Source of the DNA: Camelus ferus | Taxonomy: Eukaryota | Assembly (NCBI RefSeq): GCF_009834535.1 | Contig: NC_045697.1 | Coordinates: 7,256,001-7,320,000 of the forward strand | DNA: 64,000 bases | Direction of reading: 5' to 3' | Shown here: in pieces, positions 49,912 to 62,530 of the stretch | Layout of the letters: each line of letters begins with the position of its first letter | Position numbering within the stretch: position 1 is the first letter of the stretch | Notes under the pieces: model-generated | Databases searched by the model: none | What the model was told of the DNA's origin: nothing | Seen by the model: the letters and a program-made list of their open reading frames with translations, nothing else | Made by a program: the position numbers and the translations under genes

Positions 49912-50506
49912 TGAGACAGGAAGGGGGCAGGGCACAGCCATTCAAGGAAGGCCACAGCAATTAACATCAAAATGGTGAAAGATTCAACCCCCAGGAGGCC
50001 TTGAGGCTCAAGATGGTGGGAGATTTAACTTCTAGTAGACCTTGAGCTTCATTATACTCCCACTGTAATATACTAGCATGGTAAATAACATGCCCACAGG
50101 CACCATGGCAGTCCAAAAGCTAGCTACAAAAGGTCAAAGAGTGGCCAACTTCCCCAGACTAGTTAGACTGGTCCTTCCACTTATTAGCATATGAACTCAC
50201 TGAGCCCATGGTCGGTGTCTCACAGCTGCCACCCCACCACCTCTCCGTTTGGAGACGGCCCGCACTCTGTCTATGGTGTGTGTACCTACTTTAAATCTGA
50301 GCACCCAACCCCCACACCTCGTGGCCTTTCTCTTGCCTTTCAGTGTATCTCTCTGAATAAATCTACCTTCACTCAACTGTGGCTCGCTCTTGAATTCTTT
50401 CCTGCGCAAAGCCAAGGACCCACACTTGGAGGGGCGCATCCCAGGGGATCAACCGAAGCCTGGCACGCGGCCCTGCTCCCGCCCCACATCCATTTTTCCT
50501 GCATCA
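49912..50506 (+). mobile_element. MER41-like ERV1 solo LTR (copy 1)
   Basis: tgagacagg start, cccacaggcaccatggcagt, cactctgtctatgg, aataaatct, gctcgctcttgaattctttcctgcgcaaagccaaggaccc; ends cctgcatca. Confidence 0.85.
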
Positions 50507-50556
50507 TTGGACATTATACAAAGTGAGAATCTCTTGATCAGTCAAGCCTCATCTCC

Positions 50557-51511
50557 TGTATTAGTTTTTTTGCTGCCAGAACAAATTGCTATAAACTTGG
50601 TATTACATGTGTGTTGTCTTACAGTTATGGTTCAGAAGTCTGACGTTAAGTCTCACTGAACTAAAGTCAAGATGTCTGGGAACCTGTTCCCTTGCCTTTT
50701 CTAGCTTTTGGAAGCCACACACATTTCTAGGCTCATGGCCCTCTTTTTCTTCCTTCAAAGGCAAAATGTTTTATTTTTCTGACCATTCTTTTGTATGGGT
50801 CATTCTTCCTTTGACTGTCAGGAGGGAAGGTGGCAGGGCACAACCATTAAAAGAACGACACAGTAATTAGCACCAAGATGGTGGAAGATTCAACTCCCAG
50901 TAGACCTTGAGCTTCATTACAGGCACCTTGTAACCTATTAGCTGTTAAATGGCCCTCCCACAGGCACCATGAAATGTCAAAAAATGAGTGATGGCCCAAT
51001 TCCTGGGAATCCCAGATCCTTCTTCAAAGCAGTTGGAACAACCCTCCCACTTGGTAGCCTATGATATTACCACGTCCGTAAAAACTAACCATCTTGCACC
51101 TCTTAGTCGCTCTCTCACCTTTGGAGGCGGTCCACACTCTGTCGATGGAGTGTGCATCTCTGAAAAAATCTCCAACTATGGCTTCGCTCTTGAATTCCTT
51201 CCCTGTGGGAGGCCAAGGACCCTCGCTTTGTGGGGTGCATCCCAGAGGCTCACCCAAGGCCTGGGACACGGCCATTCTCTCATGCCCCATGTTCCTATAC
51301 AATAATCACAGCTAGGAAAGGTTCTCCCCTTTTAAGGACTAGACTTGGTTCACCTAGATAGTCCAGGCTACTCTCCCGACTTCAAGATTGTAATTTAGTC
51401 ACATTTTAAAGCCCTTTTGCCATGTAAAGAAACATATTCACAGGTTCCGGGCTTTAGGGTATGGATAGTACCTAATACCTTTGGGAAGTGCACAGTATTC
51501 TGCCTGCCATA
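50557..51511 (-). mobile_element. MLT1D/E-type MaLR LTR split by MER41-like LTR copy 2
   Basis: tgtattagttt..gtcttacagtt; resumes cacagctaggaaaggttctcc; 5-bp TSD tctcc/cctcc. Confidence 0.85.
50816..51302 (+). mobile_element. MER41-like ERV1 solo LTR (copy 2)
   Basis: Colinear with copy 1: ggcagggcacaaccatt, agtagaccttgagcttcatta, cccacaggcaccatg, tcgctcttgaattc, gccaaggaccc. Confidence 0.85.
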
Positions 51512-51729
51512 CCTCCTAGTTTGTTTATTTTATAAATTAGATTTTTAAAAATTGATTCTCTGGAAGCAATGCAATCTTATAATATGATATAACATAATAT
51601 AAATATCCTGTATAACATACTATATTATTCCTGAAAGCTGATGCTAAACTTTTATTTTTCAAGCAGAATCAGTAAGAAAAAGGTATAAAGTGAAAGTTGC
51701 AAAGATGGCTGTTTATCCTGGTCAACAAT

Positions 51730-51960
51730 CACTTATTTAGTGCTTACTTTGTTTCAGGTCTTAGTCTAAACACTTAAAGTGTTAACTCATTTAATCCCTA
51801 TGTAACAGCACCATAAGCTAAACCATTGTAACATTATTACCATTTTACAGATGAGATATAAAGTCCAGAGAGGTTTATTAACTTCTCTAAATTTACCAAG
51901 TTGGATTTGCCACCAAAAGTGGTGGAAATGGATTCCAAAAGAATGTTTTAGACATTCCTC
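51730..51960 (-). mobile_element. MIR SINE
   Basis: ttaactcatttaatcc..cccattttacagatgag..cagagaggttt. Confidence 0.75.
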
Positions 51961-52814
51961 TCTCCTTTGAGCTTTTTCATGCCCACTGCATCCACGGGCA
52001 AGGCGAACAGGACTGAATGAATACTCAGTCATAGAAAGAAATTTTAGAAATTCCTACAACCTCTAGTTTGAAAAATAGGATCTTGAGTAAATGATTTTAT
52101 CAGTGATAGTGTTTCTTAAAAACTATTTAGTAAGAGGGATGTGAGGCTGAAGAAATGCTGGGTGTAGTTTAGTTTAAACATTTAATTTAGGTTTAGGATT
52201 TGTTTTAGGTTAACAGACTATCATCAAATGGGACTCAGTGAGTCTGGGCTACAGATAAGGCAGAGCCATGGGAAGCCCGGCTCTGACCCAGCCTCGGATA
52301 ATTAGGGACCAGAGTGCACGCTTTCAGGTCCCCGCTTACTGCAATCTAAATAAAAATGCTTAGGGTAGTGAGATTCCTTTTTAGAGGGGTTGATGTTGTT
52401 TGGAAAGACAGGGAAGCCAAAATGCTAGTATTCACCCAAGATTTGCTCCTCAGAAACACTCAGTAAAGGCCTTCCCTTTCTCAGCACTTCTCTATGTAAG
52501 TACCATGCACGTCTCCAACACCTATTTCTGTCTACTTGTTGCACTGTGTGCATTTAGGCAGGCCATCACAATTCCTTTTGGAACAAGCGTCCAAGTCAAA
52601 TGCATATTCCCCAGCATCATTCTTGTTGGAAAGACACCGGCAAAAGGAAAATGACAGCAGAAAAACCAACACCCTGGACAAATGCCCCCCCCCCCACCCC
52701 CCAACAAGTCCTTGTCATCACAGAAGCACCTAGCATTTGTTTAGGTAAAAAAAAAAAAAATGAGTAATGAGCTCTATAATTAAAATTAAGGCATTGCTTT
52801 TCTTTTTGCCTCAT

Positions 52815-53170
52815 TGCTATGGTCCATTTGGGGTGCATTCTGCTCACCCCTCTGGATTCACTCTCCACCCCAGTCTGCTCTGCCAGGTATCCTGGGAAAC
52901 GGTCTTATGTGGACTGCACCAGATCAGCTCCTTATTTTCTGACTTCTCACTGGACTTGGTCAATGGGATACACCAGCTAAAACAATTGGAGGTAAAAGGA
53001 AGGAGAGGCAAAGGGCATTTATTCCTGTGGCTCCCTCTCTGCCCAGCAGCAGGTTGATAGTGACCATGACCCGCTTTGGAATACAGCAGCTCCTGTGGGA
53101 AGCCCTTTCCTCTAGCTTCAGCTTTCACTGGCTCCCCATAGCTGCCCTCTCCCCTTCCCCTTAGATGTGG
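52815..53170 (+). mobile_element. LTR33-type ERVL LTR
   Basis: ctgctcacccctctggattcactctccacc, tgtggactgcacc, ttggtcaatggg, atttattcctgtggctccctctctgc. Confidence 0.75.
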
Positions 53171-53199
53171 CTGGAAGTATTTGTTCTAATCTAGACTTA

Positions 53200-53982
53200 T
53201 TCTAAGTGCAAGAGATGAAGTAGAAAAAAAAAGAGGGGGGCACAAAAAATCCTCCTTTACTGAGGTTGTAATCTAATGGGAAAGAGACAGAAGATAAACA
53301 AAAATAAATAACTAAAATAAAATATGCCAGATGGTGGCCAGTGCTATGAATAAAAACAAATTGAGGGAAGTGGGCTAGTGAGTGCTGGGCAGGGAAGGTG
53401 TGACTGTTTGCAAAGGTGTTCAGGGAAGGCGTGAATGACATTCTGGTTAAGGCTCGAAGAAGATGAAAAACAGTCATGAAACTATGGGAAAGAGCAGCAG
53501 AACCGGTAGAAGGGAAAGTATATGTAAAAGCCAAAACAAGAGCTCTCTTGGTGTGTCCATAAAACATCAAGGGTGCAGCATAACCCGGAGAAGAGCGAGG
53601 AAGGGGATGGTGGAGATCAGGGAGGTCCCAGGGCCATTTGTGGTGGGGCTTACGTTTCCTTCTAAGGGATCTGGCTGTTATTTTGAATGATGGGAACCTC
53701 TTGGAAGACTGGTGCTGGGAAGTTATGTGATCTGCTCTACCTTTGTAAATATTCACTCTCATTTTTGTCTGCAGGGCATTCTTGCTTTGTGTGAAAAAAG
53801 GAAAAGAAGAACAATTAGGAGTTTTTGCGATAATCCTGAGAAAGACCATGATGATTTGGGTCAAGAAGTGGAGGTGGTGAAAAACTGTCAGAATATGGAT
53901 TTTTGAAGAAGGAAGAACAAACTGATTTTTTTTTATATTAATTAGGGTTTTCTAGGGAAACAGAAACAATAGGGTCTGCCTA

Positions 53983-54014
<32 letters not shown>

Positions 54015-55190
54015 AACTTCCATCCATCCATCTATCTAAGGGATTCAGAATAAGGAATTGACTCACAATTGATTATGGGAGCCAAAAAGTCCCATGATCT
54101 GCCATCTGCAATTTGGAGGCCCATGAGAGTCAGTGAAACAGTTCCAACCTGAGTCTGAAGGCCTGAGAATTAGGAAAATGAATATTAAAGTTCCAGTCCA
54201 AGTCTAGAGGCCTGAGAACCAGAAAAGCAGACGTTATAAATTCCAGACCAAGTATAGATGAAGACCTATGTCCCAGCTTAAAAATAGTCAGGCAAAGAGC
54301 ATCTTAAGGGGAAGAGAAAATAGTTAAGAATGTCCATGAAGTTTCTGAGCTGGCCAGCTGGAAACTGGAAAGATAAAGTCTATTCACTGAGTGCGAGAGG
54401 TTTTAATGGGCACAGATGGGGAGGTGGGTGGGAAATGGCAGGAAGCAAGCTCTAGATACATCAGGTGAGAAATGCGTCTTTAGCCTCCAAGTGGTGATGT
54501 CAAGTCGGCAGTTGGATCTACACGTTAAGGGTCCAGGGAGAGGTCCTGGCTAGAGATGTGCATTGAGATTTGCCAGAGCAGCGATGGCACATGGACTCCT
54601 AAATCTGGATGCCATCTCCTAGGAAGCAAGTCCAGATGAAGGAAATGCAAGGTCTGAGGCTCATTTAGATGTCTTGAGAATGAGGTAGAACAAGTTAAGT
54701 CGACTGTAAAGAGACTGCCCAGAAGGAAACCAAGAGAGTGTGGTGTCCTGGAAGTGAGATGAAGAGAATATGACCAGAAGGAAGGAGGAATCTAATGTTT
54801 TAAGTGCTGATAAGTCAAGTCAGATGGACTGAGAGTTGCACATTGAATTAGCAACACAGAGAATCCTGGAGAAATAAACAGGAGTAATTATCTGTGGAGA
54901 GTGAGGAGATCAAAATGGTAGATTGAGTTCAAGAGCGAACAGGAGGAAAGATTTGGAGAGGGTGAATGTTGACCACTTATTGAAAATTTAACTGTAAATG
55001 AGGACAGAGAAATGGGGTGATGACTGGAGTTTAAGATGTAGAATCCAATGAGGGTATTAATTTTTGAATGGAAAAAAATGTATACAATTTTAATCAGACT
55101 GATCTAGAATAAAGAAATTGATGATGCACAAAAGAAAGGGAAAATTTGATGGTTACATCCTTGAGTGGACAAAATGAGGAGATATTGGTG
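53200..55190 (-). mobile_element. L2 LINE, long copy interrupted by an MLT2 LTR
   Basis: agtgctatgaataaaaacaaa, tggagatcagggaggt, ccaagtggtgatgtcaagtcggcagttggat, gagtgtggtgtcctggaag. Confidence 0.85.
53934..54300 (-). mobile_element. MLT2B-type ERVL LTR (partial) with internal TCTG/TCTA microsatellite
   Basis: tagggttttctagggaaacagaaacaatagg, aagtcccatgatctgccatctgcaa, gtctgaaggcctgagaa. Confidence 0.85.
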
Positions 55191-55889
55191 TTGGGTGATA
55201 AAGCACCTGGCTCATTGAACCTTGTCCCAGGAAAATCAGAGCTGAATTATTTAGAGCCTTCTCAGCAGATTAATGTAGGTCAATGATGAAAGATGATTCA
55301 TAACCACTTTTGAGGTATATACAGCTATCCGGGAATAATTTTGCTGAGTAAAAAGTAAAATATGTAGATGCATAACTCAATAGTATAAGAGAAAATCTTG
55401 GGCTATAAGCCTTTGTTATGGATTAACAAGGACCATCAAATTAGGAAGATCCTTTTCTGTTTTGAGCTGTAATCCGTTCTTCTGTGTTTCTTACCCATTG
55501 AACCCAGCTCTTCCTTCAGTCTCTATGGTGGTACTTCCTGTATCCTATGACTACATTCCTTTGCTCCCTAGTTCTGTCTTCTCCAGGTGAACCATCTGAG
55601 GTTTTTTACAAACATTATTTATTTTAATTTCTAAACCCTCCACAATTTCAGTCATTCTCCTCTGACCATGCTTCTGCTTGCCAACATCATTTGTGATTCT
55701 TGGAGGTAGCACCGGAATCTGTGTCTGATCAGACCAGCTTGCATTTAGCTATAGCTCTCATTGTTTTATTTCCCTGGTCACCTTATTTCCATATGTGCCC
55801 TAATGTTGCATTAGTTCTCTTGACTATCCATTTTAGGCTAAAATCTCCTATTACTCATTTCAGAGCCACGGTCGTGTGTTGAAACATTA

Positions 55890-56080
55890 CCCTAAGGATT
55901 CTACCTGCATAATCTCATCTAACACGCCCAATCACCCTGTGAAGTCTGTATAGTGAATAGCATTTTGCAATGAGAAAATGGAGACTCAGCAAGCCTAAGG
56001 GATGTACCAGAATCCCATAGCAAGTAATCACCCTGGACAGACCCCAGGTCTGTCTAGAAACCTGGCTTATACCATTGCTC
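55890..56080 (-). mobile_element. MIR SINE
   Basis: atctcatctaa..caccctgtgaag..gagaaaatggagactcag..ccccaggtctgtct. Confidence 0.65.
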
Positions 56081-57524
56081 CAGGCTGCCCCCAAACTGAA
56101 TGACTTCAGTGCAGATATGGGTGAGGCAAGAAGAAATACAAAATGTGGTTATGGAATAGATGAGACAAAGCTAATTCTACTGCACAGGATTATGTTTATT
56201 TTAGAAAGCCTCAAGGCGAGGTGCTCAGGACTTCTCGTTGGTGGGTATCACATTCTCTGCAGAGGTACGAGAGCTGGAATGCACCAGGAAGTGGCCTCAT
56301 GAGAAGGAAGTATCTGGTTAGCTAGTTAGTTAGTCATTGCTTTCCTCCTACAGTTCAAAGACAACACCCTGGTACCGATGAGCCATCTTCCTGTCCAAGG
56401 GTGCGTGTGAGAACCGGAACTCAAGAGTCGTAAGTCACCACTCATGGGAATGGTTTCGGCTTCAGATAGCTGTTAAAAGTCAGACTTCTAAAATGGTATT
56501 TTCTGGATACAGTTTCCTAAATTGAGAGGTGAACTTGATAGTGCTGTAGCCAGAGTATGAGTGAAAAAAGACTAGGGTTATACAGGCAAGTGGTCACCAG
56601 ACACCCAAACAGAAGGAAACTGCAAAGGGTATTAATGAAGGCATCATCATGGAAGGATATTGTGATTTAGCCTTAAAACAAACCCTTAGACACTTAGAAT
56701 TTCAAAGATAGTAATTACTGTTATACCCAGTAGACTTCCTGGCAGCCATTTCACCCCAAATCCATCTTTCATTTCACCCCAAATCCATCTTTCACCCCCA
56801 ACCTACCTCTGGAAACTCTCCTCACTTTCCCCCATCCTTAATCCCACCTGAGAACCTCACCAGTGCTGCAGTGAAGCTAAGAGCATCATTATAAATAAAG
56901 ACCACACCAAATTACCTCTTGCATCAAACGTCTTTGTCAAAATGACAGTAGGACAATATCCTCCTCTGAGATGTGGGTACAGTTTAATTCAGACCTGTGG
57001 ATTGGAGCATTAGGAGGCAAGTGGAGACCCCAACAGAATTTAAGGTGCTCACTAGGGAAAGCTGAAAGCAAGTCATGGAGCACAGGTCCTCAGATAAAGG
57101 CCAGGAGAGCAAAAGCTACAAGCCAAGTCACTCGGCAGGCAGGGGAGCAGATACTGGGTCTAAATCCTGCTCAGCTGGGTCACAGGACAGGCGATAAGGG
57201 CAAATGCTCAGGCAGAGGAGCTGAGGGAAGTGAATCTTCACATTTTAGCCAAGTCAGTCTCTTGACGCTTTCCCATCTCACTGTCCAAGCCAGCCCCACG
57301 GATGCAGAACATTCCCTGAAAGGGCCCTGCATGGGAGTCCTCTCTGTGTTTTGGCTCAAAGAAATGCCCTTTCTCTTTGTATTTCAATCAAAATAAGCCT
57401 TGACTGTAAGCTACACTCATCCTGAGTCCTCCTCAGATCCTGCAAGGCAGAACTTCAGCTGTACTGCAATCACTCGTGCAAAACTCTGCGTCCATCATGT
57501 GGTTTTGGGGACACTTGGCGTCTT

Positions 57525-57680
57525 GGCTAAAACTGGGTTTCTGAGTGTAAATGGGATATCACCAGGCGTATGTCACTTCCTACTTTCCTTGCTGTGCCTC
57601 AGTTTCCTTGTCTTTAAAGTAAGAGCTGGATGAGATGGTGCATGTTGAGTACTTAGAATAGTGCTTGGTGCAAAGAAGGC
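57525..57680 (+). mobile_element. MIR fragment
   Basis: ctgtgcctcagtttccttgtctttaaa..acttagaatagtgcttgg. Confidence 0.65.
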
Positions 57681-57939
57681 AGATGCTACTTACACAAAAT
57701 GTGAGCCTTTCCAGAGGAGTCCTCATCTTGACCTCACCTCCCTTGTGTACTTTGGTTCACCTTCAGATCCGAAGCCTCACTGCACTTTTATGTGTTCCCT
57801 TGAAGCTACCCTAGTACCTACGTGAATGGGTTACATATATTTCAGTTGAACTGAGTACAATAAGCCACTAAAAAGTTCACAGCTGTTACAGACTAGCTCT
57901 GTTGTTAAACGGAATTTAATGATTATGGGAGATCCAGGC

Positions 57940-58324
57940 TGTATTAGCTGCTGGGACTACCCTAACAGAATACCCACAAACCGAGTGGCTCAGTCAACAG
58001 AAATGTATCCTCTCACAGTTCTGAAGGCTACAAGTTCAAGATCAAGGTATCAACAGAATTGGTTTCTCCTGAAGTCTTTCTCGTTGCCTTGTAGATGGCC
58101 ATCTTTTCCCTGTCTCTCCACATGGTATTCTTTGTGTCTGCATCCTAATCTTCTCTCTTTATAAGAACAGCAGTGATGTTAGATTAGGGCCTTTCCATAT
58201 ACCCTCATTTTAAGTTAATTACCTATTTAATGACCTTATCTCCAAATACAGTCACATTCTGACATGCTACAAACTAGGATTGCAACATAGGAATTGCGGG
58301 AGGGGGTAGAATGCAGCTCAAACA
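57940..58324 (-). mobile_element. MLT1B-type MaLR solo LTR
   Basis: tgtattagc start, tctcacagttctgaaggctacaagttcaagatcaaggt, ttatctccaaatacagtcacattctg. Confidence 0.9.
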
Positions 58325-58694
58325 TTGAGCTTCAATTGTCAAAACATACAAGGCTGTTTGTTTGTTTCCTTTTGTTTTGTTTTTGTTTGTTTTTCTTTCT
58401 GGAGCAGCAATAATCAAAGAGCATAACAGCAACTCAGAATTCTTGCAGCCCCATGAGCCTTGGCAGGGGACAGGATAGGGGGAAGGGACACCTTTGCTGG
58501 AGACCAGCCATGCCTGGGAAACTGAATGGCTGAGGGAGCTCTAGGAAGAAGCAGATGCAGGAAACAGGGAGACAGCAGTCCTACCAACACAGTGGACCGG
58601 AAAGCAGGCGGCTGAGTCACGGGAGGTGCTCGAACCCCGCCTCCTGGGAGAGGCATTGAGTTTGGTGGGGAAAGTGGGGGCTCCAGACTCAGCA

Positions 58695-58900
58695 AAAACT
58701 AGTTCCTACTCTGGCCCTGCCATTAACTGAAAATAACATCAGTTCCTTAGCCTTAGGGAGGTTTTGTTTTTCCTTCTGTGAAATGAGCTAAGGATAACCC
58801 TCCCCTAACAGAATGGCCATGAAGTTAATAACGTCATGCATAGAAAGTCTTTTCTATAGTGTTGGACACATTCTAAACACTTAATAAATGAGAATTATGA
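58695..58900 (+). mobile_element. MIR SINE
   Basis: tctggccctgccattaact..tctgtgaaatgag..ttaataaatg. Confidence 0.6.
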
Positions 58901-59280
58901 TGATGATTGTTAGTTATAAATTATTATTCTTATTACTATAATTAAATTCAATTGTTATTATTTTACAGAGTAGGAATGGGGAGCCTACTTTTCCTCATCA
59001 TAGGAACCTGTATTTACCATTGTGGTTCATACTCCCAATGTCACAGGAGTTTCTCTAAACTCTGTAGCAAGCACCATCTTCTTTTCCAAAAATTCCACCA
59101 AGTGCTACTGGACTCTCTTTGTCTGACTCTCTGGCCCCTGTGTTCTACTTGGACACCAACAGTCTGTAAGCTTTTTGGGATCCATGATTTCACTGGGTGA
59201 AGAGACAGTCTCAGATATTTTTTCTCACTTCAGGAACCTGCTTTGTGCTTATTCTTCTCAACAGTCTATGAGAAAGGGAT

Positions 59281-59590
59281 TGTTATGGACTGAATGTTTG
59301 TATCCTCCCCTCAAAATCATATAGTGAAGCCGTAACCTCCAATGTAATAGCTTTAGGAGATAGACACTTTGAGAGGTAATTAAGTGTAGATGAACTCATA
59401 AGGGTGGGTGCCTCATGATAGATTAACGATCTCATAAAGAAGAAGAGACCAGAGCTCTCTCTCTCTTCACCATGTGAGAAAGAAGGGGACTGAGAAAGGG
59501 ACTGTCTGGAAGCCACGATGAGGATCTTCACCAAAAACCCAAACAAGATGGCACCTTGATCTTGAACTTCCCAGCTTCCAGAACAGAATG
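59281..59590 (+). mobile_element. MLT1A-type MaLR LTR (3' truncated)
   Basis: tgttatggactgaatgtttgtatcctcccc canonical start; ggcaccttgatcttgaacttcccagcttccagaac. Confidence 0.9.
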
Positions 59591-60584
59591 TCAGTGTTTC
59601 CTATCATTGGAGGTGTTCAGGCTTACCTAGGCTGGATATTCTGCTGTAGGAGGTATAAACATTGGAAATCCCATGATTCTACCCCCATGAATAATCCCAT
59701 GATTCTAAGATCAGAATTGGGCTGATGGTTTTGCCATTCTTAAGATTGAGCTATGGGGATAGAAAAAGGAAGAATGAAAATGATGTGTTCACATAATGAT
59801 ATTTCAAGTTTGAAGCCCTTTGGGGTACTCAAATAAAGAAGTCTCATTGGCATTGGAATTTGCGGTTTTCAAGTTCAAGGCTGGAGACAAGGAATATGAA
59901 AAAGCAATGGAATTGCTCAGAGGGAGCTTATGAAAAGGAGGGCATGAAGGTGAGGGGACAAAATTCTGGAAACTATCAATCCTTCTTGAACAGGAAGAGT
60001 AGAAGCATTCTATGGATGGTAATCGAGGCATTCAATGCCTTTTCCATGTCTTATTTAGTTCCAGCACACTTTTGAAATAAGTATCATGAACTAATTTACA
60101 GATGAGAAAAAATTAGCTCAGGAATCTTCTGGGACTTGTCCAGGGCCTTAAAGCTAGTGAGCAGTAGACCTGGCATTGACCCTTGCCCTCAAGGAAACAG
60201 CAACATCGATCCTTGTGTTTCCATTTATCAACCCTGACTATCAAAAGTCCTTTCTTCTATTGATCTGAAAGCTGTGTTTCTCTCACTTCTAGGAAGTTTC
60301 TTTTCTTTATTTTCCTGTCCCCAAACAGGAGGGGATTTGTCGAAATGAGAGATGTTATTCTTAACTTGGAGTGGAGAATTCCTGAAGGCACAAATGGACT
60401 GGTTGTTTAAGTGGAGGGGTAGCATCTGCACAATGCACCTGACGCCCCACTGCTCTCTGCAGAGCTGCAGCCCAGCTCTTCCTTGGACATCAGTCTTTCA
60501 CATGGTTAGTTTCAGATGGACGCCATGTCCCTTCTGGCAGACAGCAGTTGCACCATCCCTCCCAATTATAGAAGAGAATGCCAT

Positions 60585-60810
60585 GTAGTTCAAAATCATG
60601 GATTTTTAGTGGACAGACTTGTTCAAACTTAGATTCAACCGCTGGTATCTGTATATCCTTGGGAAAATTCACAAACCTCACCAAAACTTATTTTCCTTGT
60701 CCTGAAAATGAAGTAATCTATAATGAAAGGGTTATTACAGTCACAATAATGTTTGCAAAGTCACTGGCAATGATGTCCAGCTCAGAGCAAGTGCTCAGAA
60801 AACAGCTATA
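60585..60810 (+). mobile_element. MIR SINE
   Basis: gacagacttgttcaaac..tatccttgggaaaatt..aaaatgaagtaat. Confidence 0.65.
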
Positions 60811-61263
60811 CATTTTTAAAAGACAATTGTATAAATATAAAAGTCAGCAATTTCAGAAGTGACATGATCCATTTTTAGTTTTGCTTCCTAGAACTGAGGC
60901 TACCAGCAGATTAATGATAGAATGAGAAGTCCAAATGAGCTTTAGATAGATGCTGCCCCACTTCTCCTCGTTCTCATACTTGCAGGTCCAGGCTGCGAAG
61001 AGGCTTTGGCTTTGATGTGGGCGAATGAGGGAAAGGTTACAGGAAGTGAGAGTGCATAACATTTTCTGGAAACCACATTCTTAAAGGAGACAAAATCTGT
61101 GCTCTTTGAAATAGGTCAAGCATGAAATTTCAAGGTTAATTAGAGCTACATATAATATTATGAAAGTCAGGCTACTCCAAAACTAAAAGCTTTCTCTAAG
61201 CACAAATTTACTGAGCATCTATTATTTCAATTAGCTGTTTACAAAATGTTAAAACTGGAACAT

Positions 61264-61483
61264 GGGAAGGGATAGACTGGGATTTCAAAATTGTAGAATA
61301 GATAAATAAGATTATACTGTATAGCACAGGGAAATACACACAAGATCTTATGGTAGCTCACAGAGAAAAAGTGACAATGAATATATATATATGTTCATGC
61401 ATAACTGAAAAATTGTGCCGTACACTGGAATTTGACACAACATTGTAAAATGATTATAAGTCAATAAAAAAAATGTTAAAAAA
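61264..61483 (+). mobile_element. Young 5'-truncated L1 3' end, camelid-type, with TSD
   Basis: gggaagggatagactgggatttcaaaattgtag..tgtatagcacagggaaata..acactggaatttgacacaacattgtaaaatgattata..aataaaaaaaatgttaaaa; 13-bp TSD aaaactggaacat/aaaactggatcat at a TT/AAAA site. Confidence 0.92.
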
Positions 61484-62435
61484 AAAACTGGATCATTCTA
61501 TAGAGATCATCCAAACATCAGCTAAACAACGATCACTCTGGGGGGGTAGTAATTCTTCCTTATCCAGGAGTGTTGCTTACATTATAAAATAGTTAATATC
61601 CCTAGCCTCACCTACTAAATGACACTGTGACAATAAAATGCCTCCCAACTTTCCACACGTCCCCAGGGCTCAGCAACACACCCAGATGACAATCCTGCCC
61701 TCTCTGACCCTTATTTTTCAGATGAGGTAAGAAGATTCAGAAAATGGAAATGTCTTATTCAAATTCAAACAGGTATTTCCTCTTGCTCCTGAATCTTGGA
61801 CCAGGAAGCTTTTCAATTTCACTGCTATATCAAGTATTAGAGAGTATATTAAATTATTTAGTCCTTTGATCAAACTGACTTCCTCTTTGAAAATCAGGGG
61901 TTAGAATTGGAAAGAAATTTGGAATCCATCAGATCCAACCTCCTCATTTAACCAATGAGAAAATGAAACATGGCAGGGGAAAAAGATAGCTTGATGGATT
62001 AAATTCAAGTTCTGGGAGAATGGTAACTCCAAACCATTACTGACAAGCAGATACCACAGTGAAGCTGGTTTAGGATAAAATGTTATTTTAGAAAATGACA
62101 TTGAGGCTGGAGAAATACAAGGTCCTGGGTAGCCATATGTTTCTATTCTGGAGGATGGGGTTAGTAATAGCAGCATAAATGGGGATGTGGTCAGGAAGGG
62201 GGGCGGGTGGCGTTTTGTGTAGAAAGAAGTATGGTTGATACCAAGTAGATATCCAAAGGCAAAAAGAATGATTTTGAGGGCAGCATCTCTGGTATTCAAA
62301 CATTGATTTACTATTTAATGTTCACACAAGTAATTACGGTAGTAATTATGGTATGTCATTTTCTTGACACTTTATTATAAACCAGGCACATTTTCTTTCT
62401 AGTTTGTGTGGTCCTCTCTCTGCCCATATCACAGC

Positions 62436-62530
62436 TCCATTTTTCAGATGAGTAAACTGAGGCTCAGGGAAGTTCAGCAATTTTCCGAAGTCACACAGAC
62501 AGTGTCAGCAGAACTAGGATTCAGCAAATA
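62436..62530 (-). mobile_element. MIR fragment
   Basis: cattttcagatgagtaaactgaggctcagg..aagtcacacag. Confidence 0.8.

Noticed and set aside
49912..51302. LTR pair as a collapsed provirus
   Set aside because: The intervening DNA is mostly MLT1 sequence with no primer-binding site or gag/pol; copy 2 is nested in the MLT1 element
52165..52212. TTTAGG-like repeats as interstitial telomeric sequence
   Set aside because: Few, degenerate and not TTAGGG; low-complexity AT-rich DNA
53202..53864. Longest ORF in the track (220 aa, minus strand)
   Set aside because: Lies wholly within a degraded L2; no domain-like content
56971..57396. 141-aa ATG ORF
   Set aside because: No recognisable domain or splice context; probably a chance ORF, possibly in an old LTR
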